Shown here: piece after piece, positions 9,620-20,600 of the stretch
How the letters are laid out: each line of letters begins with the position of its first letter
Numbering within the stretch: position 1 is the stretch's first letter
Source of the DNA: Bacteroidota bacterium
Lineage (GTDB): Bacteria > Bacteroidota > Ignavibacteria > Kapaibacteriales > HRBIN21
Assembly (NCBI GenBank): GCA_030550395.1
Contig: JAUQPL010000010.1
Coordinates: 12 to 64,011, forward strand
Length of the DNA stretch: 64,000 bases
Reading direction: 5' to 3'
Translations under genes and position numbers: made by a program
Notes under the pieces: model-generated
Seen by the model: only the letters and a program-made list of their open reading frames with translations
What the model was told of the DNA's origin: nothing
Databases searched by the model: none

Positions 9620-10267
9620 ATGTTTACCGGTATCGTCGAAACCTGTGGGCGACTCCACCGAAGGGACAAGACCCTCAAAGGTCACCGCCTCTGGATTGAG
9701 ACCGCTGAGCTTGCCCCTCAGCTCTCCCTTGGGGACTCCATCGCTGTCAATGGAGTCTGCCTCACTGTCGCAGAGATAGCCCCACCCTACTTTGCCAGCG
9801 ACCTCATTCCGGAAACTCTGCGCAAGACAACCCTAGGGCAGCTCCGCCGCGGGGCTTACCTGAATCTGGAACGTGCCCTCCCGATCACCGGACGTGTGAA
9901 CGGACACCTGGTTCAAGGACACGTTGACTGTATCGGCCGAGTCATTGCCGTTGAACGTCCCTCGGGCGAGCACCGGCTCTGGATTGAGCTTCCTGAGGCA
10001 TTCCAGCTATACGCTGTACTTCACGGCTCTATCTGCGTTGACGGGGTGAGCTTAACAATTGCTCGCCTCCGCACCGACGCCTTCATGGTTGCCCTGACTC
10101 CGACAACCCTGCAGCGGACGTCCCTGGGGCGCCTGCGAGTCGGCTCCCGGGTAAACTTGGAGTTTGACATCATAGCAAAATACGTAGAAAACCTGCTGCG
10201 TCCGTACGTACGCTTGTTCCTCCAGCAGCCTCCCTCCCATGAAGCCCAGACCCCGCACGCTCGGTGA
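9620..10267 (+). CDS. ribE: riboflavin synthase alpha subunit
   Basis: MFTGIVE start and the duplicated lumazine-binding repeat (GDSIAVNGVCLTV / GSICVDGVSLTI). Confidence 0.85.
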   Translation: MFTGIVETCGRLHRRDKTLKGHRLWIETAELAPQLSLGDSIAVNGVCLTVAEIAPPYFASDLIPETLRKTTLGQLRRGAYLNLERALPITGRVNGHLVQGHVDCIGRVIAVERPSGEHRLWIELPEAFQLYAVLHGSICVDGVSLTIARLRTDAFMVALTPTTLQRTSLGRLRVGSRVNLEFDIIAKYVENLLRPYVRLFLQQPPSHEAQTPHAR

Positions 10268-11735
10268 GCTGAAAGCCTCTGGCTATCGCGTACTGCCGGT
10301 CAAGGAAGAAATGCGCCGGAACTTGATTGAGAAGCTTCGCCGTCGCGAGCCTCTCTTCCCCGGCATCATCGGCTTTGACGACACCGTTATCCCCCAGCTC
10401 GCCAATGCAATCCTGGCAAAACACGACATCATTCTGCTGGGCTTGCGCGGACAGGCAAAAACCCGGATTGCCCGGATGCTTGTCAACTTTTTGGATGAAT
10501 ACGTCCCCATCGTCGCCGGTTCTGAGGTCAACGACAATCCCTTCGCCCCTATCTCCAAGTATGCCACAGACTTGATTGCCCAGCTCGGAGACGAAACCCC
10601 GATTGAATGGATCCACCGCTCGGAGCGTTATGGAGAAAAGCTCGCCACACCCGATGTCACTATCGCCGACCTCATCGGTGACATTGACCCCATTAAGGCA
10701 GCAACCCAACGGCTTCACTACTCCCACGAAGGAGCTATTCACTTCGGGATTATCCCCCGGACAAATCGCGGCATCTTCGTCATCAACGAATTGCCGGACC
10801 TGCAACCCCGCATCCAGGTTGGACTCTTCAACATCTTGCAAGAACGCGATATCCAAATCCGGGGCTTCAAAGTCCGCCTGCCCTTGGATATCTGCATGGT
10901 CTTTACGGCCAACCCGGAAGACTACACCCGGCGCGGGACAATTATCACTCCACTGAAGGACCGGATCCAAGCCCAAATCCTAACTCACTACCCGCGCACG
11001 CTCGCCGACGCCCTCACCATCACAGAACAGGAAGCATGGATTCACCGCACCCCTGACATGGACGTCGTTCTGCCGCTCTATCTGCGCCAAATTGTAGAAA
11101 ACATCGCCTTCGTCGCCCGCAATAGCGACTTCATTGACCAAAGCTCCGGTGTCTCCGCCCGACTCAGTATTTCCACGATAGAGGCTCTAATCTCCAATGC
11201 CGAACGTCGTGCCTTACTGACCGGCGAACGGGTCATTGCCCCCCGTATCATTGACCTCAACCGAGCTTTGACAGGGATCACGGGGAAGGTGGAGCTCGTC
11301 TTTGAAGGCGAACAGGAAGGACCCCTCAAGGTCGCCAAAGCGCTCATTGGGCGCGCAGTGCGGGAAACCTTCACATTGTATTTCCCCGATCCCCTGTCCC
11401 GTCCACGCCGCCGCGAAGGTTCTTCCGCTGCCGAACAAAGCCCTTATGCAGAAATCATCCGCTGGTTTGAATCCGGAAACACGGTCACCATCGACGATGC
11501 CATGCCGACGGATGCTTTCGTTGCTGAACTGGATCGTGTCCCCACGCTTCGCCGCCTTGCCGTCCACTATCTCAAAGTCGATGAGCGAAACCCATACGAG
11601 CTGGGAACCGCTATGGAGCTCATCCTGGATGCCTTACACCAATACTCTAAGCTGGCAAAAGAGGAACTCGACGGCAATGCAACCTACAAGGATATGCTCG
11701 GAACCCTCTTCCGCAGCCGAACGGAGGAGGAGTAG
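10239..11735 (+). CDS. Mg-chelatase-like (ChlI/ComM-type) AAA+ ATPase
   Basis: Walker A LLGLRGQAKT, Walker B FVINELPD, and a sensor region ..FTANPED...ITPLKDRI resembling ComM/ChlI (..MNP.....PLLDRID). Overlaps the ribE end by 29 nt. Confidence 0.7.
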   Translation: MKPRPRTLGELKASGYRVLPVKEEMRRNLIEKLRRREPLFPGIIGFDDTVIPQLANAILAKHDIILLGLRGQAKTRIARMLVNFLDEYVPIVAGSEVNDNPFAPISKYATDLIAQLGDETPIEWIHRSERYGEKLATPDVTIADLIGDIDPIKAATQRLHYSHEGAIHFGIIPRTNRGIFVINELPDLQPRIQVGLFNILQERDIQIRGFKVRLPLDICMVFTANPEDYTRRGTIITPLKDRIQAQILTHYPRTLADALTITEQEAWIHRTPDMDVVLPLYLRQIVENIAFVARNSDFIDQSSGVSARLSISTIEALISNAERRALLTGERVIAPRIIDLNRALTGITGKVELVFEGEQEGPLKVAKALIGRAVRETFTLYFPDPLSRPRRREGSSAAEQSPYAEIIRWFESGNTVTIDDAMPTDAFVAELDRVPTLRRLAVHYLKVDERNPYELGTAMELILDALHQYSKLAKEELDGNATYKDMLGTLFRSRTEEE

Positions 11736-11789
11736 TGCCATTCCCATGAGGCAGTACCCCACAGTTTTTAAAAGCTCCCAGGAAGACCC

Positions 11790-12953
11790 ATGCTTCCATC
11801 GCCATATAACGCCACGCGCGAACTGACCATCGGTATTATCGGCGGCGGACAGCTTGCAAAAATGTTAGCCCAAGCTGCTTACCGCCTGGGACTACGAGTA
11901 GCCATCATTGAGCACGGCGCCGATTCCCCTGCCGGACGCATGACCCAATTAGAATTTCCCCAGGGCTGGACCTCCCCCGAAGCACTTGCCACCTTTGTCC
12001 GTGTCAGCGACATCATCACCTTGGAAAACGAGTTTGTTACCCCAGAGCTCCTGGAGCAAATTGCCCATCAACGCCCAGTTTATCCCACCCCTGAGACGGT
12101 CCGCCGCGTTCGGGATAAGCTCATCCAAAAACAAACTATGGCTGCTGCCCACATCCCTCTTCCTTCGTTTGCGGGTGTCAGCACTCCGGAAGAAGCCCTT
12201 GCCTTTGCCCGCCAATACGGCTTCCCTTTTGTCCTCAAGACCCGATCTTTCGGCTACGATGGGTACGGGAATCGTACCATTGCCCACCCTGAGCAACTCC
12301 CCCAGGCATGGTCCGAGCTGCAGCACTATCTCCCCGATGCAGCCTTCCTGGCTGAGCAATTCGTCCCATTACAGAAGGAGCTTGCCGTCATCGTTGCTCG
12401 GAATCGCAAAGGCGATATCGCCGTATACCCCTGTGTAGAAACTGTGCAGCAGGACCATGTGTGCCGTATTGTCTACGCGCCCGCCCCTATCCCCGAAGCA
12501 CTCCGCCGCCAGGCACAGGAGATTGCCGTCGCTTGCGTAGAAGCCATTGAAGGAATTGGGGTCTTCGGAGTTGAACTATTCCTGACCACTGCCGGACACC
12601 TCCTCTTCAACGAGATTGCCCCACGTCCGCACAACTCGGGACACTATACCATTGAAGCATGCTACACCTCCCAGTTTGAGAACGCTATCCGGGCTATCTG
12701 CGGGCTCCCCTTGGGGTCTCCTGAGATGTATGTTCCCGCAGCGGTGATGATCAACCTCCTTGGAATCCGCAGCGGCAGTGGAATACCGGATTCTGTGCTG
12801 CCTGCCTTGCAGGTTGACAAGGCATGGATTCACCTCTACGGGAAGCAGCAAAGCCGCATTCGCCGAAAAATGGGGCACGTCACTGCTGTTGGACAGACAT
12901 TAGAAGAGGCATACGAGCGCGCGCGGCAGGCCGCTGCCGGCATTATATGGTGA
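11790..12953 (+). CDS. purK: N5-carboxyaminoimidazole ribonucleotide synthase
   Basis: ATP-grasp protein: IGIIGGGQLAKM N-terminus, PFVLKTR..GYDGYG, ENEF/NEIAPRPHNSGH motifs. Confidence 0.85.
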   Translation: MLPSPYNATRELTIGIIGGGQLAKMLAQAAYRLGLRVAIIEHGADSPAGRMTQLEFPQGWTSPEALATFVRVSDIITLENEFVTPELLEQIAHQRPVYPTPETVRRVRDKLIQKQTMAAAHIPLPSFAGVSTPEEALAFARQYGFPFVLKTRSFGYDGYGNRTIAHPEQLPQAWSELQHYLPDAAFLAEQFVPLQKELAVIVARNRKGDIAVYPCVETVQQDHVCRIVYAPAPIPEALRRQAQEIAVACVEAIEGIGVFGVELFLTTAGHLLFNEIAPRPHNSGHYTIEACYTSQFENAIRAICGLPLGSPEMYVPAAVMINLLGIRSGSGIPDSVLPALQVDKAWIHLYGKQQSRIRRKMGHVTAVGQTLEEAYERARQAAAGIIW

Positions 12954-14691
12954 GCCCCTCCTGGCCAGTGTTCAAGGTGCTCAGCAAAATGCGGCGAGCC
13001 TCCCGAAAGCTTAGGCGCCGGATTCGGTGCTTGAGTGGCACAATAGCCGCCGGCATAGTGCTTAGCTCCTCCACCCCCAGTCCAACCAGCAGCTCCGTTG
13101 CTTGCGCATGGGCTGTGATCTCCCCACAGACGCAGACGGGGATTCCGTGGCGGCGCGCCACCTCCACCACATGCACCATTAAGCGCCATACGGCAGGATG
13201 GAAAGGATCATAAAGCTCCGCCAGCATCTCATGCGTCCGATCAACGGCAAGGGTATACTGCGTCAAATCGTTGCTCCCAATGCTAAGGAAATCTGCCAAT
13301 GGCGCCAACCGTTCCATTATGAGTGCCGCTGCCGGCGTTTCCACCATAATGCCAAAGGGTAGCCTCTCCCCATAGAGGATCCCCTCCCCCGCCAAGCACT
13401 GCCGAACAACCTCCAGTTCATGGCGGACAGCAAACACTTCCTGTTCTGTACTGACCATTGGCACCAGTAATCGTACATTGGGCATCACTGCTGCACGGAG
13501 TAACGCCCGCAACTGCGTCCGCAGGATTTCCCGCCGAGCCAAAAGGAAGCGGATCCCTCGCATTCCCAATGCAGGATTGCGCTCCGGCACGAACTCATAG
13601 CTGTACTTATCCCCCCCGAGATCAAAGAGGCGAATTGTCACCGGCTGCGGATAGAAGCGCTCGGCAATCTGGCGGTACCAATGGAATTGCTCCTCCTCCG
13701 TCGGCAGACGCCCAAGCTGTAACGGAAGAAGCTCCGTCCGAACTAGCCCAATGCCCTCAGCCCCTACCAAGAGCGCTTCCTCTACGTCCTGCATCGAAGT
13801 AAGATTGACCATCAAGCGGAAGCGACGTCCATCGGTTGTCTCCGCTGGCAGCTTTGTAAAGCGGACCAGAATCCGCCGGCGCCATTCCGTACTGTCCCGA
13901 TGGCGCTCGTACCGACGGCAGGTCTCCCCATCCGGATGGATGACAACAACGCCGGTATACCCATCTACCACGAGAGGATCACCCTCGGCAATTGCCCCAA
14001 TAGCCCCCCGTAAGCCAATGACGGCCGGCATCTGAAGGCTGCGCGCCAGAATAGTCGTGTGCGACGTGATTCCCCCTACAGCGGTGACAAACCCTTGTGC
14101 ACCCGCCCGATGGAGAAGCAGCACATCTGACGGGGTCAGCGCTGTGGCAACGACAATTGCACCAGCCACACGACTATAATCCAGACGCTGTTGCTGCAGA
14201 AGCGAGAGTAGCCGATGGAAGACCTGCTCCAACTCCACTCCGCGCTCTTGAAAAGACACACTGGAGGAGCGACGCAGACGACCGATGATTGGTTCGAACA
14301 CCTGCTGGAGTACCCGTTCCACTGTACTTCCTGCTGCTACTGCCTTCCAAATGCGCTCCTTCAGTGTAGCCTCTGTCAGCATGCGCAAATAACTATCAAT
14401 AATCGGCACAACGGCTGGAGCTTCGGCTGCAGCAATTTCCCGCGCCTGCCCCCACTCGGCACGAAGCGCCTCCACCGCCATTTGGTAGCGCTGCCATTCG
14501 TCAAGCGGCTCAGCCTCTTGCGCAGCAGGTGTCCCCTTCTGAGGAGAGAGGATAACCGCCGCACCAATGGCAATCCCTGGAGAAGCTGCAATTGCTCTCA
14601 CCCACCGCTCACTATTCCCCCTCAGAATGCTCCGCTCTGCGCTCTTCCCCTGGGAAGAGAACCTAACCCCTGCTGACGAGGAACTCTCCAC
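12943..14691 (-). CDS. ptsI: phosphoenolpyruvate-protein phosphotransferase (PTS Enzyme I)
   Basis: SPGIAIG start region, GGITSHTTILARSLQMPAVIG phosphohistidine region, and C-terminal PEP-utilising TIM barrel (GSNDLTQYTLAVDR). Alternative GTG start at 14601 (VRAIAASPGIAIG) is possible. Confidence 0.85.
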   Translation of the reverse strand: MESSSSAGVRFSSQGKSAERSILRGNSERWVRAIAASPGIAIGAAVILSPQKGTPAAQEAEPLDEWQRYQMAVEALRAEWGQAREIAAAEAPAVVPIIDSYLRMLTEATLKERIWKAVAAGSTVERVLQQVFEPIIGRLRRSSSVSFQERGVELEQVFHRLLSLLQQQRLDYSRVAGAIVVATALTPSDVLLLHRAGAQGFVTAVGGITSHTTILARSLQMPAVIGLRGAIGAIAEGDPLVVDGYTGVVVIHPDGETCRRYERHRDSTEWRRRILVRFTKLPAETTDGRRFRLMVNLTSMQDVEEALLVGAEGIGLVRTELLPLQLGRLPTEEEQFHWYRQIAERFYPQPVTIRLFDLGGDKYSYEFVPERNPALGMRGIRFLLARREILRTQLRALLRAAVMPNVRLLVPMVSTEQEVFAVRHELEVVRQCLAGEGILYGERLPFGIMVETPAAALIMERLAPLADFLSIGSNDLTQYTLAVDRTHEMLAELYDPFHPAVWRLMVHVVEVARRHGIPVCVCGEITAHAQATELLVGLGVEELSTMPAAIVPLKHRIRRLSFREARRILLSTLNTGQEGLTI

Positions 14692-14746
14692 TACCGCTAC
14701 ACCATGTCCGACATACCCAAGAGGAAAATTACAACATCACCTCCAT

Positions 14747-15019
14747 TCACATCCCCGATTCTTCCCACCCACCCTCCAGAAAGGCTGCTATCTGCTCCAC
14801 CGCACTGGGGGCGTCCTCACCCTCGGCGCGAATGAGAAGCTCCGTTCCCTCCAGCGCGGCAAGCCCAATGACTTCCAATGCGCTCTTCGCATTTGCCACG
14901 AGACCATTTCCAATAAGCTGGATATCGGCAGCAAAGCGCGAGGCTAAGACTGCCAGAGCTGTTGCCGGACGTGCATGCAACCCCATGGGCAGCCGAACCA
15001 CAACCCGCTGCTCCACCAT
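14747..15019 (-). CDS. ptsH: phosphocarrier protein HPr
   Basis: 89-90 aa. GLHARPA active-site His15 context. Lies directly upstream of ptsI. Confidence 0.85.
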   Translation of the reverse strand: MVEQRVVVRLPMGLHARPATALAVLASRFAADIQLIGNGLVANAKSALEVIGLAALEGTELLIRAEGEDAPSAVEQIAAFLEGGWEESGM

Positions 15020-15076
15020 CCCTTTCTCTCAGGGGTTACCCCAACGATGCGACGAAATAGGCCTCCCCGTCGGGTG

Positions 15077-16396
15077 TCACCTCCCGACAACCAACCGCCA
15101 TAACTGCACTCCCTCAAGGGTCTGGTACACGAGCAGAACCGGTCGCGATAGTCCAACCGGCGATTGAACGCACCACCGCCCTTCTCCTTCCGGCACAGCT
15201 ACGCACCCAATCCTACTTCCCACCAGGGAATATAGCTGCAGCCATCCCCTCTGTCCCCGCCTTCCTTCAAGGCAGATCCACCCCCCGTCTTCCACCATAG
15301 CCGTTTCAATCTCATGGGGCTCCTCCACCGGTAACACCCTCCCCTCCACTTCTTGCCACTCCCCTGTGATCGTCCGCATCTGTACCTGTTCCTCACCGCA
15401 CACCCATCCCTCGCCTACCAAGCGGAGCTCTGAGATTCCCTGGACAGAAGCCGCGAAAATCACCGCTGAGTCCAGCCTCACAACAACTCCGCGCAGAAGA
15501 CGATCTCCAACCAAGCGGACTTCTCCGGCTTGCTGTTTTCCACAAATCGGCACGATTCCGACAAAGACATCGGCATCGGCTGGTAATAGCCACTGACGGA
15601 GCGTTTTCTCCTGTCGTCCTGAAAATTCCGCTATAGCTGGCAAGACCGTCCCGTTTGCTCCTCTATCCCGACGATAGCCATAGTTCTGCAAGACCACCGC
15701 AAGATCACGGACCCCAACCACACCATTACCATCGCAGTCAGCATACGTCGCCTCTGGTTGCTCCCATGCTAAAGCCCATTGAGGCATCCATTCCGTACTG
15801 GCAGGGCTGCGCCGATATCCCACCGCTCCCCGTCGCGCATAGAGTCCGACAGAGGCTACATCCCGCACATCTACACTCCCATCGTCATTGGCATCCCCAG
15901 GCCAGACCTGAAGGTAGCCGTGAATAGGAAACTCTACCAAGCTATTGGGCAAAGCCACCGTGCTATCCTGTCGCAGAACCCATGCCTGCACGGCACGGAA
16001 TTGAGCCATCGTTCCATGAGGAGCCCCAGGAGCCACAACAAACTCCAACTCCACAAGCACAGGATTGATACCCGGCTGCGTTGAGGACAATGCCGCTACA
16101 TCGACAAACTGTTCATCCCCTCGTACATCGGTTCCGGGAACAACAAGCGTTGCACCCGGCGGAAAATCTCCTTTCTGCCAGCCGGCAAATGCCAAGATTC
16201 CCGACGGACCGTACCACAGCCGGCATCCAGCTCCATAGGCAATCCCTACCGGAAGCGCTATCTTCAAGCGGAAGCGCTCCCCAGCAATGACAAACCGCTC
16301 ATTTCCTCCATCGCTCCGCACAATCAGCACCCCTTGCCCCCACAGAGAGAATGTCCCAATCCCGATGCCGAGCAACACGCGCCACATCTCTATCAT
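15077..16396 (-). CDS. secreted protein with two dockerin-like Ca-binding repeats and a T9SS C-terminal sorting domain
   Basis: Signal peptide. DANDDGSVDVRDVASV and DCDGNGVVGVRDLAVVLQNYG dockerin-type repeats. C-terminal ~80 aa beta-sandwich tail (LQLYSLVGSRIG....LLVYQTLEGVQLWRLVV) of the kind seen on T9SS cargo. Confidence 0.6.
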   Translation of the reverse strand: MIEMWRVLLGIGIGTFSLWGQGVLIVRSDGGNERFVIAGERFRLKIALPVGIAYGAGCRLWYGPSGILAFAGWQKGDFPPGATLVVPGTDVRGDEQFVDVAALSSTQPGINPVLVELEFVVAPGAPHGTMAQFRAVQAWVLRQDSTVALPNSLVEFPIHGYLQVWPGDANDDGSVDVRDVASVGLYARRGAVGYRRSPASTEWMPQWALAWEQPEATYADCDGNGVVGVRDLAVVLQNYGYRRDRGANGTVLPAIAEFSGRQEKTLRQWLLPADADVFVGIVPICGKQQAGEVRLVGDRLLRGVVVRLDSAVIFAASVQGISELRLVGEGWVCGEEQVQMRTITGEWQEVEGRVLPVEEPHEIETAMVEDGGWICLEGRRGQRGWLQLYSLVGSRIGCVAVPEGEGRWCVQSPVGLSRPVLLVYQTLEGVQLWRLVVGR

Positions 16397-16447
16397 CCCG
16401 CATATGCGAGGTTTCCAGCAAAAGAGCTGCCAAACAGAATGCCAGTC

Positions 16448-17065
16448 TTAGCGCCGCAGTTGACGCACCGAGGGCAAATACCGGTGGAACAGCAATGTGA
16501 GGAGGATCCCAAGGGTGATGCAGGAATCCGCTATATTGAAGGTCGGCCACCGCGTGTACACTCGCCCGAAGAGGGTGAAGTCCGGAAATTCTACATCAAT
16601 GAAATCCACCACCTGACCGTGCAGCAGCGGAGCTTCACCGTAGAGAACACCGTAGAAGGCACGGTCTATGAAATTCCCCATCGCCCCTGCAAACAGGAAG
16701 ATAACACCCAACCGCGCCCGAAATGGAACCCCTCCCAGGTGACGCAGATACCATCCTAACATCATACTGACGGCAAAAGAAAAGAGCGTCAGCAGGACTT
16801 TCGCCCCTCCGACGGGAAGCCCAAAAGCAATACCCGGATTTTCCACAAAAGTGATGCGGACCCATTCCCCCAGAATGGGAATACTCTGCCCGGGCACCAT
16901 TCCATGGTGCACAAACGCTCCAATCCGGAATCCCTTTACCAGGATTTTGCTCAACTGGTCAAGAGCAACCAGACCAAAGGCAAGGAGCCAATCCCGTCGC
17001 ACAACGGTACCTCGCTGATTATTCTTCCAACGCCTTCGCTTGATGGATCGGGATAATGCGGTCAA
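16448..17065 (-). CDS. lspA: lipoprotein signal peptidase II
   Basis: Multi-TM protein with GNFIDR and FNIAD motifs. Classic position downstream of ileS. An alternative GTG start at 17002 would remove the 47-nt overlap with dksA. Confidence 0.8.
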   Translation of the reverse strand: MTALSRSIKRRRWKNNQRGTVVRRDWLLAFGLVALDQLSKILVKGFRIGAFVHHGMVPGQSIPILGEWVRITFVENPGIAFGLPVGGAKVLLTLFSFAVSMMLGWYLRHLGGVPFRARLGVIFLFAGAMGNFIDRAFYGVLYGEAPLLHGQVVDFIDVEFPDFTLFGRVYTRWPTFNIADSCITLGILLTLLFHRYLPSVRQLRR

Positions 17066-17621
17066 TACCGTCCTCAGGGCACCGACGGTGAATCTTCCAC
17101 GAGGCAGAAAGAGTCGTAATCGGAACGGCCATCAGGCGCTCCTTTGCAATCAGAATACCACATTTGCGGCAGATACCATAGGTCTTATCGGCAATCCGCT
17201 TGAGCGCTTCATCCAGCTTCTGCAAATAGTTCGTCAAGCGCTGGATTTGCGCATATGTCCGCTCTCGTTCCCATGCCTCCGCCCCTTGTTCTGCCGGATG
17301 AAGCGCAAAGATTCCCCCTTCCTCAATGTAGTTGAAGGAGTTCAAGTCCTCCAAGCGCTCCCGCAGAAGCCGTAACTCCTCCAGAGTCTTCTGTCGCTCC
17401 GCGAGGATGATCTGGCGGAACATCTCCAGCTCTTCATCGGAGTAACGCACCTTGGGTGCCGAAGATGCAGAAGAAGCTGCTTCCGCTGTCGGTGAGGATA
17501 CTGCCGGCGAAGAAGCCGAATTTTCTTCCTTCACGCTCCTCTGCTTCCGGGAGCGGCGAACCGTTGGTGCCTCTTCCGAAGCTATAGATTGGACCCGACC
17601 GCCTCGCTTCCGAGTTGCCAT
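17019..17621 (-). CDS. DksA/TraR-family C4 zinc-finger protein
   Basis: YSDEELEMFRQIIL coiled-coil start and a CRKCGILI....C zinc finger. An N-terminal Ser/Ala-rich tract of about 60 aa precedes it. Confidence 0.75.
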   Translation of the reverse strand: MATRKRGGRVQSIASEEAPTVRRSRKQRSVKEENSASSPAVSSPTAEAASSASSAPKVRYSDEELEMFRQIILAERQKTLEELRLLRERLEDLNSFNYIEEGGIFALHPAEQGAEAWERERTYAQIQRLTNYLQKLDEALKRIADKTYGICRKCGILIAKERLMAVPITTLSASWKIHRRCPEDGIDRIIPIHQAKALEE

Positions 17622-20600
17622 GCTTGTCTTCCTCCTTGCGCTGATTCTACTGTGCTCAAGCGTTCAAGACACACAGAGGCGTGATAACCGCTGACCTCAA
17701 CCGTATGCCCAGCAGGGCAGGGAGCAAAAATAAGGCTTTCTGCCAGTGTTTCCCGTTGCACATAGTCACGCATCTCCTCTATAGCCTGCTGAAGTTCTGG
17801 CGGAGCAGCGCAGATAATGCGGATGCGGTCCGTTACCTCAAAGCCGCACTGTTTCCGCAGATTCTGAATACGGAACACAAACTCCCGCGCTAATCCTTCA
17901 CGGCGTAGTTCCTCATCAAGCGTGGTATCCAATGCAACCGTCAGCTCTCCCTCGCTTGCAAGCAACCATCCTTCTATGTCCCGGCTTCGCAACTCCACCT
18001 CTTCTACTCCGAGCTCAATGCGCTCTCCCTCCAACTCAAGGCGTAACCGTCCCGTTTCGTGGAAGCGACGCAGTACCTCCTGCGGAAGCCCTGCAAGCAT
18101 CCGTTCAATCTGTGGCAAACGGTTGCCAAAGCGCTTTCCCAAAACGTTATACCTGGGCTTAGCTGTCCAGTAAACCACGTCCGCTTCCGAGGCAAGGAAC
18201 TCAATGGCTTTGACATTGACCTCCTCCGTGATGAGCGTCTCCACGGAACGGATATCCCGCTGCTGCTGCGGTGACACCGCTGGGATGAGTATACGCCGTA
18301 GAGGCTGCCGAGTCCTGATGCGCGCCCGCTCCCGCAGCTGGCGGACCAGAGCCACAATCCGTCGCGCCAGCGCCATACGGCGCTCAAGCTCTGCATCGAC
18401 AAGGCTCGGATCGGGCTGCGGCATATCCAGCAAGTGCACCGATGGTGGTTCTTCCATCCGCCGCAACCGCCAGTAGAGGACCTCAGCAATGAAGGGAGCC
18501 ACCGGCGCTATCATCAGCAAAATCCCACGCAGCACTGAATAAAGCGTCTGATAGGCCGCCAACTTCTCCCGGTCTTGCTCCCCTTTCCAAAAACGACGCC
18601 GATTCCGCCGGACATACCAGTTAGAGACTTCTTCAACAACAAACTCCTGGACAAGACGCACCGCCCGAGTAAGCTCATACTCCTCCATCGCCTCCCTGTA
18701 CTGCCCCAGCACCGTCTGCATACGGGAGAGAATCCAGCGATCAATTTCCGGACGCTCCGCAACAGGTACCTCCGGCTCCCTTCCTGAAAACCCGTCAATA
18801 CGGGCATAGAGAGCGAAGAAGTTGTACACATTCACCAGAGCCCGCAAGAAATTCGCAACCACCGTGTGCCGAATTTCCTCCTCATTGAACAACATGGGCT
18901 TCCACGGTGGATTGGCCCAGAGGAGATACCACCGCACAGCATCGGCACCATAGCGCTCAATGACCGCAAAGGGATCAACCACGTTCCCTTTGGATTTGGA
19001 CATCTTGACGCCGTGCTTATCCAGAATCAGCTCGTTGACCACCACCGAACGGAAAGCAGGACGGTCAAAAAGCACTGTCGCCAAGTTGTGCAGCGTATAG
19101 AACCAGCCGCGGGTCTGGTCCACCCCTTCGGCAATGAAATCAGCAGGAAATTGCTCGGCAAAGAGCTCTTGGTTTTCAAAGGGGTAGTGGAACTGAGCAA
19201 AGGGCATGGCGCCGGAATCAAACCAGACATCCACAACTTCGGGCGTACGGCGAAAGAGCTTCCCATTCCGCACGAACACGATCCGATCAACGAAGGGGCG
19301 ATGCAGATCCAGCTCTACTCCTGCTTCCCGCACTGGGACCCGACGCCCATCGGGGAACTCATACAGACCCTCCATCAGCTCAGCAATAGAGCCGACAGCG
19401 AACATCTCCGTCCCATCTTCGCTAATCCAAATCGGGAGCGGAGTTCCCCAATAACGGTCACGCGAGAGAGCCCACTCCTTAACCTCCTCTAACCAATGAC
19501 CAAAGCGTCCAGCACCGATTTCCGGAGGCTGCCACCGAATCTGGCGGTTAAGCTCCACCATACGCTCCTTGTACACCGGCGAACGCAGAAACCACGATTG
19601 CCGAGCATAGTACATGATGGGATTGCCCGTACGCCAACAGTGGGGATACGTATGCACGTAGTCAAAGGTTGCCCGATACAGCTTGCCCATCCGACGGAGC
19701 GCCGCAACAATGTCACGATCCGCCCCTTCCTCTACGCGATCGTTGTAGCGGAATGTCTTAATTGCCCGCCCTGCAAATTCCCGGATTTCCGCCGTGAAGT
19801 GCCCGTCGGGTGTCACCGGCTGTAGGAGAGGTAACCCATACCGTTGCCCAAGCTCAAAGTCCTCTACCCCAAATGCCGGCGCAATGTGCACAACGCCCGT
19901 CCCTTCCTCCGTGGAAACAAAGTCCGCCGGCAGTACCGTGAGAGCATGGGGATATTGCGTACGGTCCAAGGGGATATCGGCAAAAATCTGCTCGTAAACA
20001 CTCCCTACTATCTCCGCGCCTGGGAGACGCTCTATCACCTCATACTCCCCCTCTAAGACCGAAAGGCGTTCTTCGGCAAGTACCAACTGCTCCTCTACCC
20101 ACTCCTCCCCGAGCCGATACCGATTGCGTACCCTCACATACGTGATTGCGGGGTGCACGGCTAAGGCAACGTTGCCAAAGAGGGTCCACGGCGTCGTCGT
20201 CCATACCAACAATGCTGCCCCCGCTAAACTGGAACGGCTGGGCTGCAGAATGCGGACTCGCAGGAAAACGCTCGGGTCACGCACCTCCTTATAGCCCAGA
20301 GCTAACTCATGGGAACTGAGCGGAGTTTCAATCGTGGGCGACTGCGGTACGACCTTGAATCCCCGATAGATAAGCCCACGGTCAAAAAGCTGTTTGAGCG
20401 CCCACCAGAGTGACTCAATGTACTGGTTGGAACAGGTGATGTAGGCATGCTCCATATCAATCCAATACCCCATCCGGCGCGTAAGACTGCGCCAGCCTCC
20501 CTCCATCTCAATGTGCTGCCATACAAGCTCTTTGCATGCCCGATTGAAGCGCTCAATACCGTACTGCGTCTCAATATCACGCTTGTTGACAATCCCCAGC

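Noticed and set aside
10170-10976. 268-aa ORF on the minus strand
   Set aside because: Entirely antisense to the well-supported Mg-chelatase-like ATPase gene. No recognisable motifs and a low-complexity composition typical of high-GC antisense frames.
12824-13213. 129-aa and 117-aa ORFs overlapping the purK/ptsI junction
   Set aside because: Embedded in or antisense to ptsI, which has unambiguous Enzyme I motifs. Proline/arginine-rich translations typical of off-frame GC-rich sequence.
14270-14300. GGTTCGAAC T-loop-like string suggesting a tRNA
   Set aside because: It lies on the coding strand complement inside ptsI. No D-arm or anticodon-arm complementarity and no acceptor stem. No tRNA-like cloverleaf could be folded by eye.
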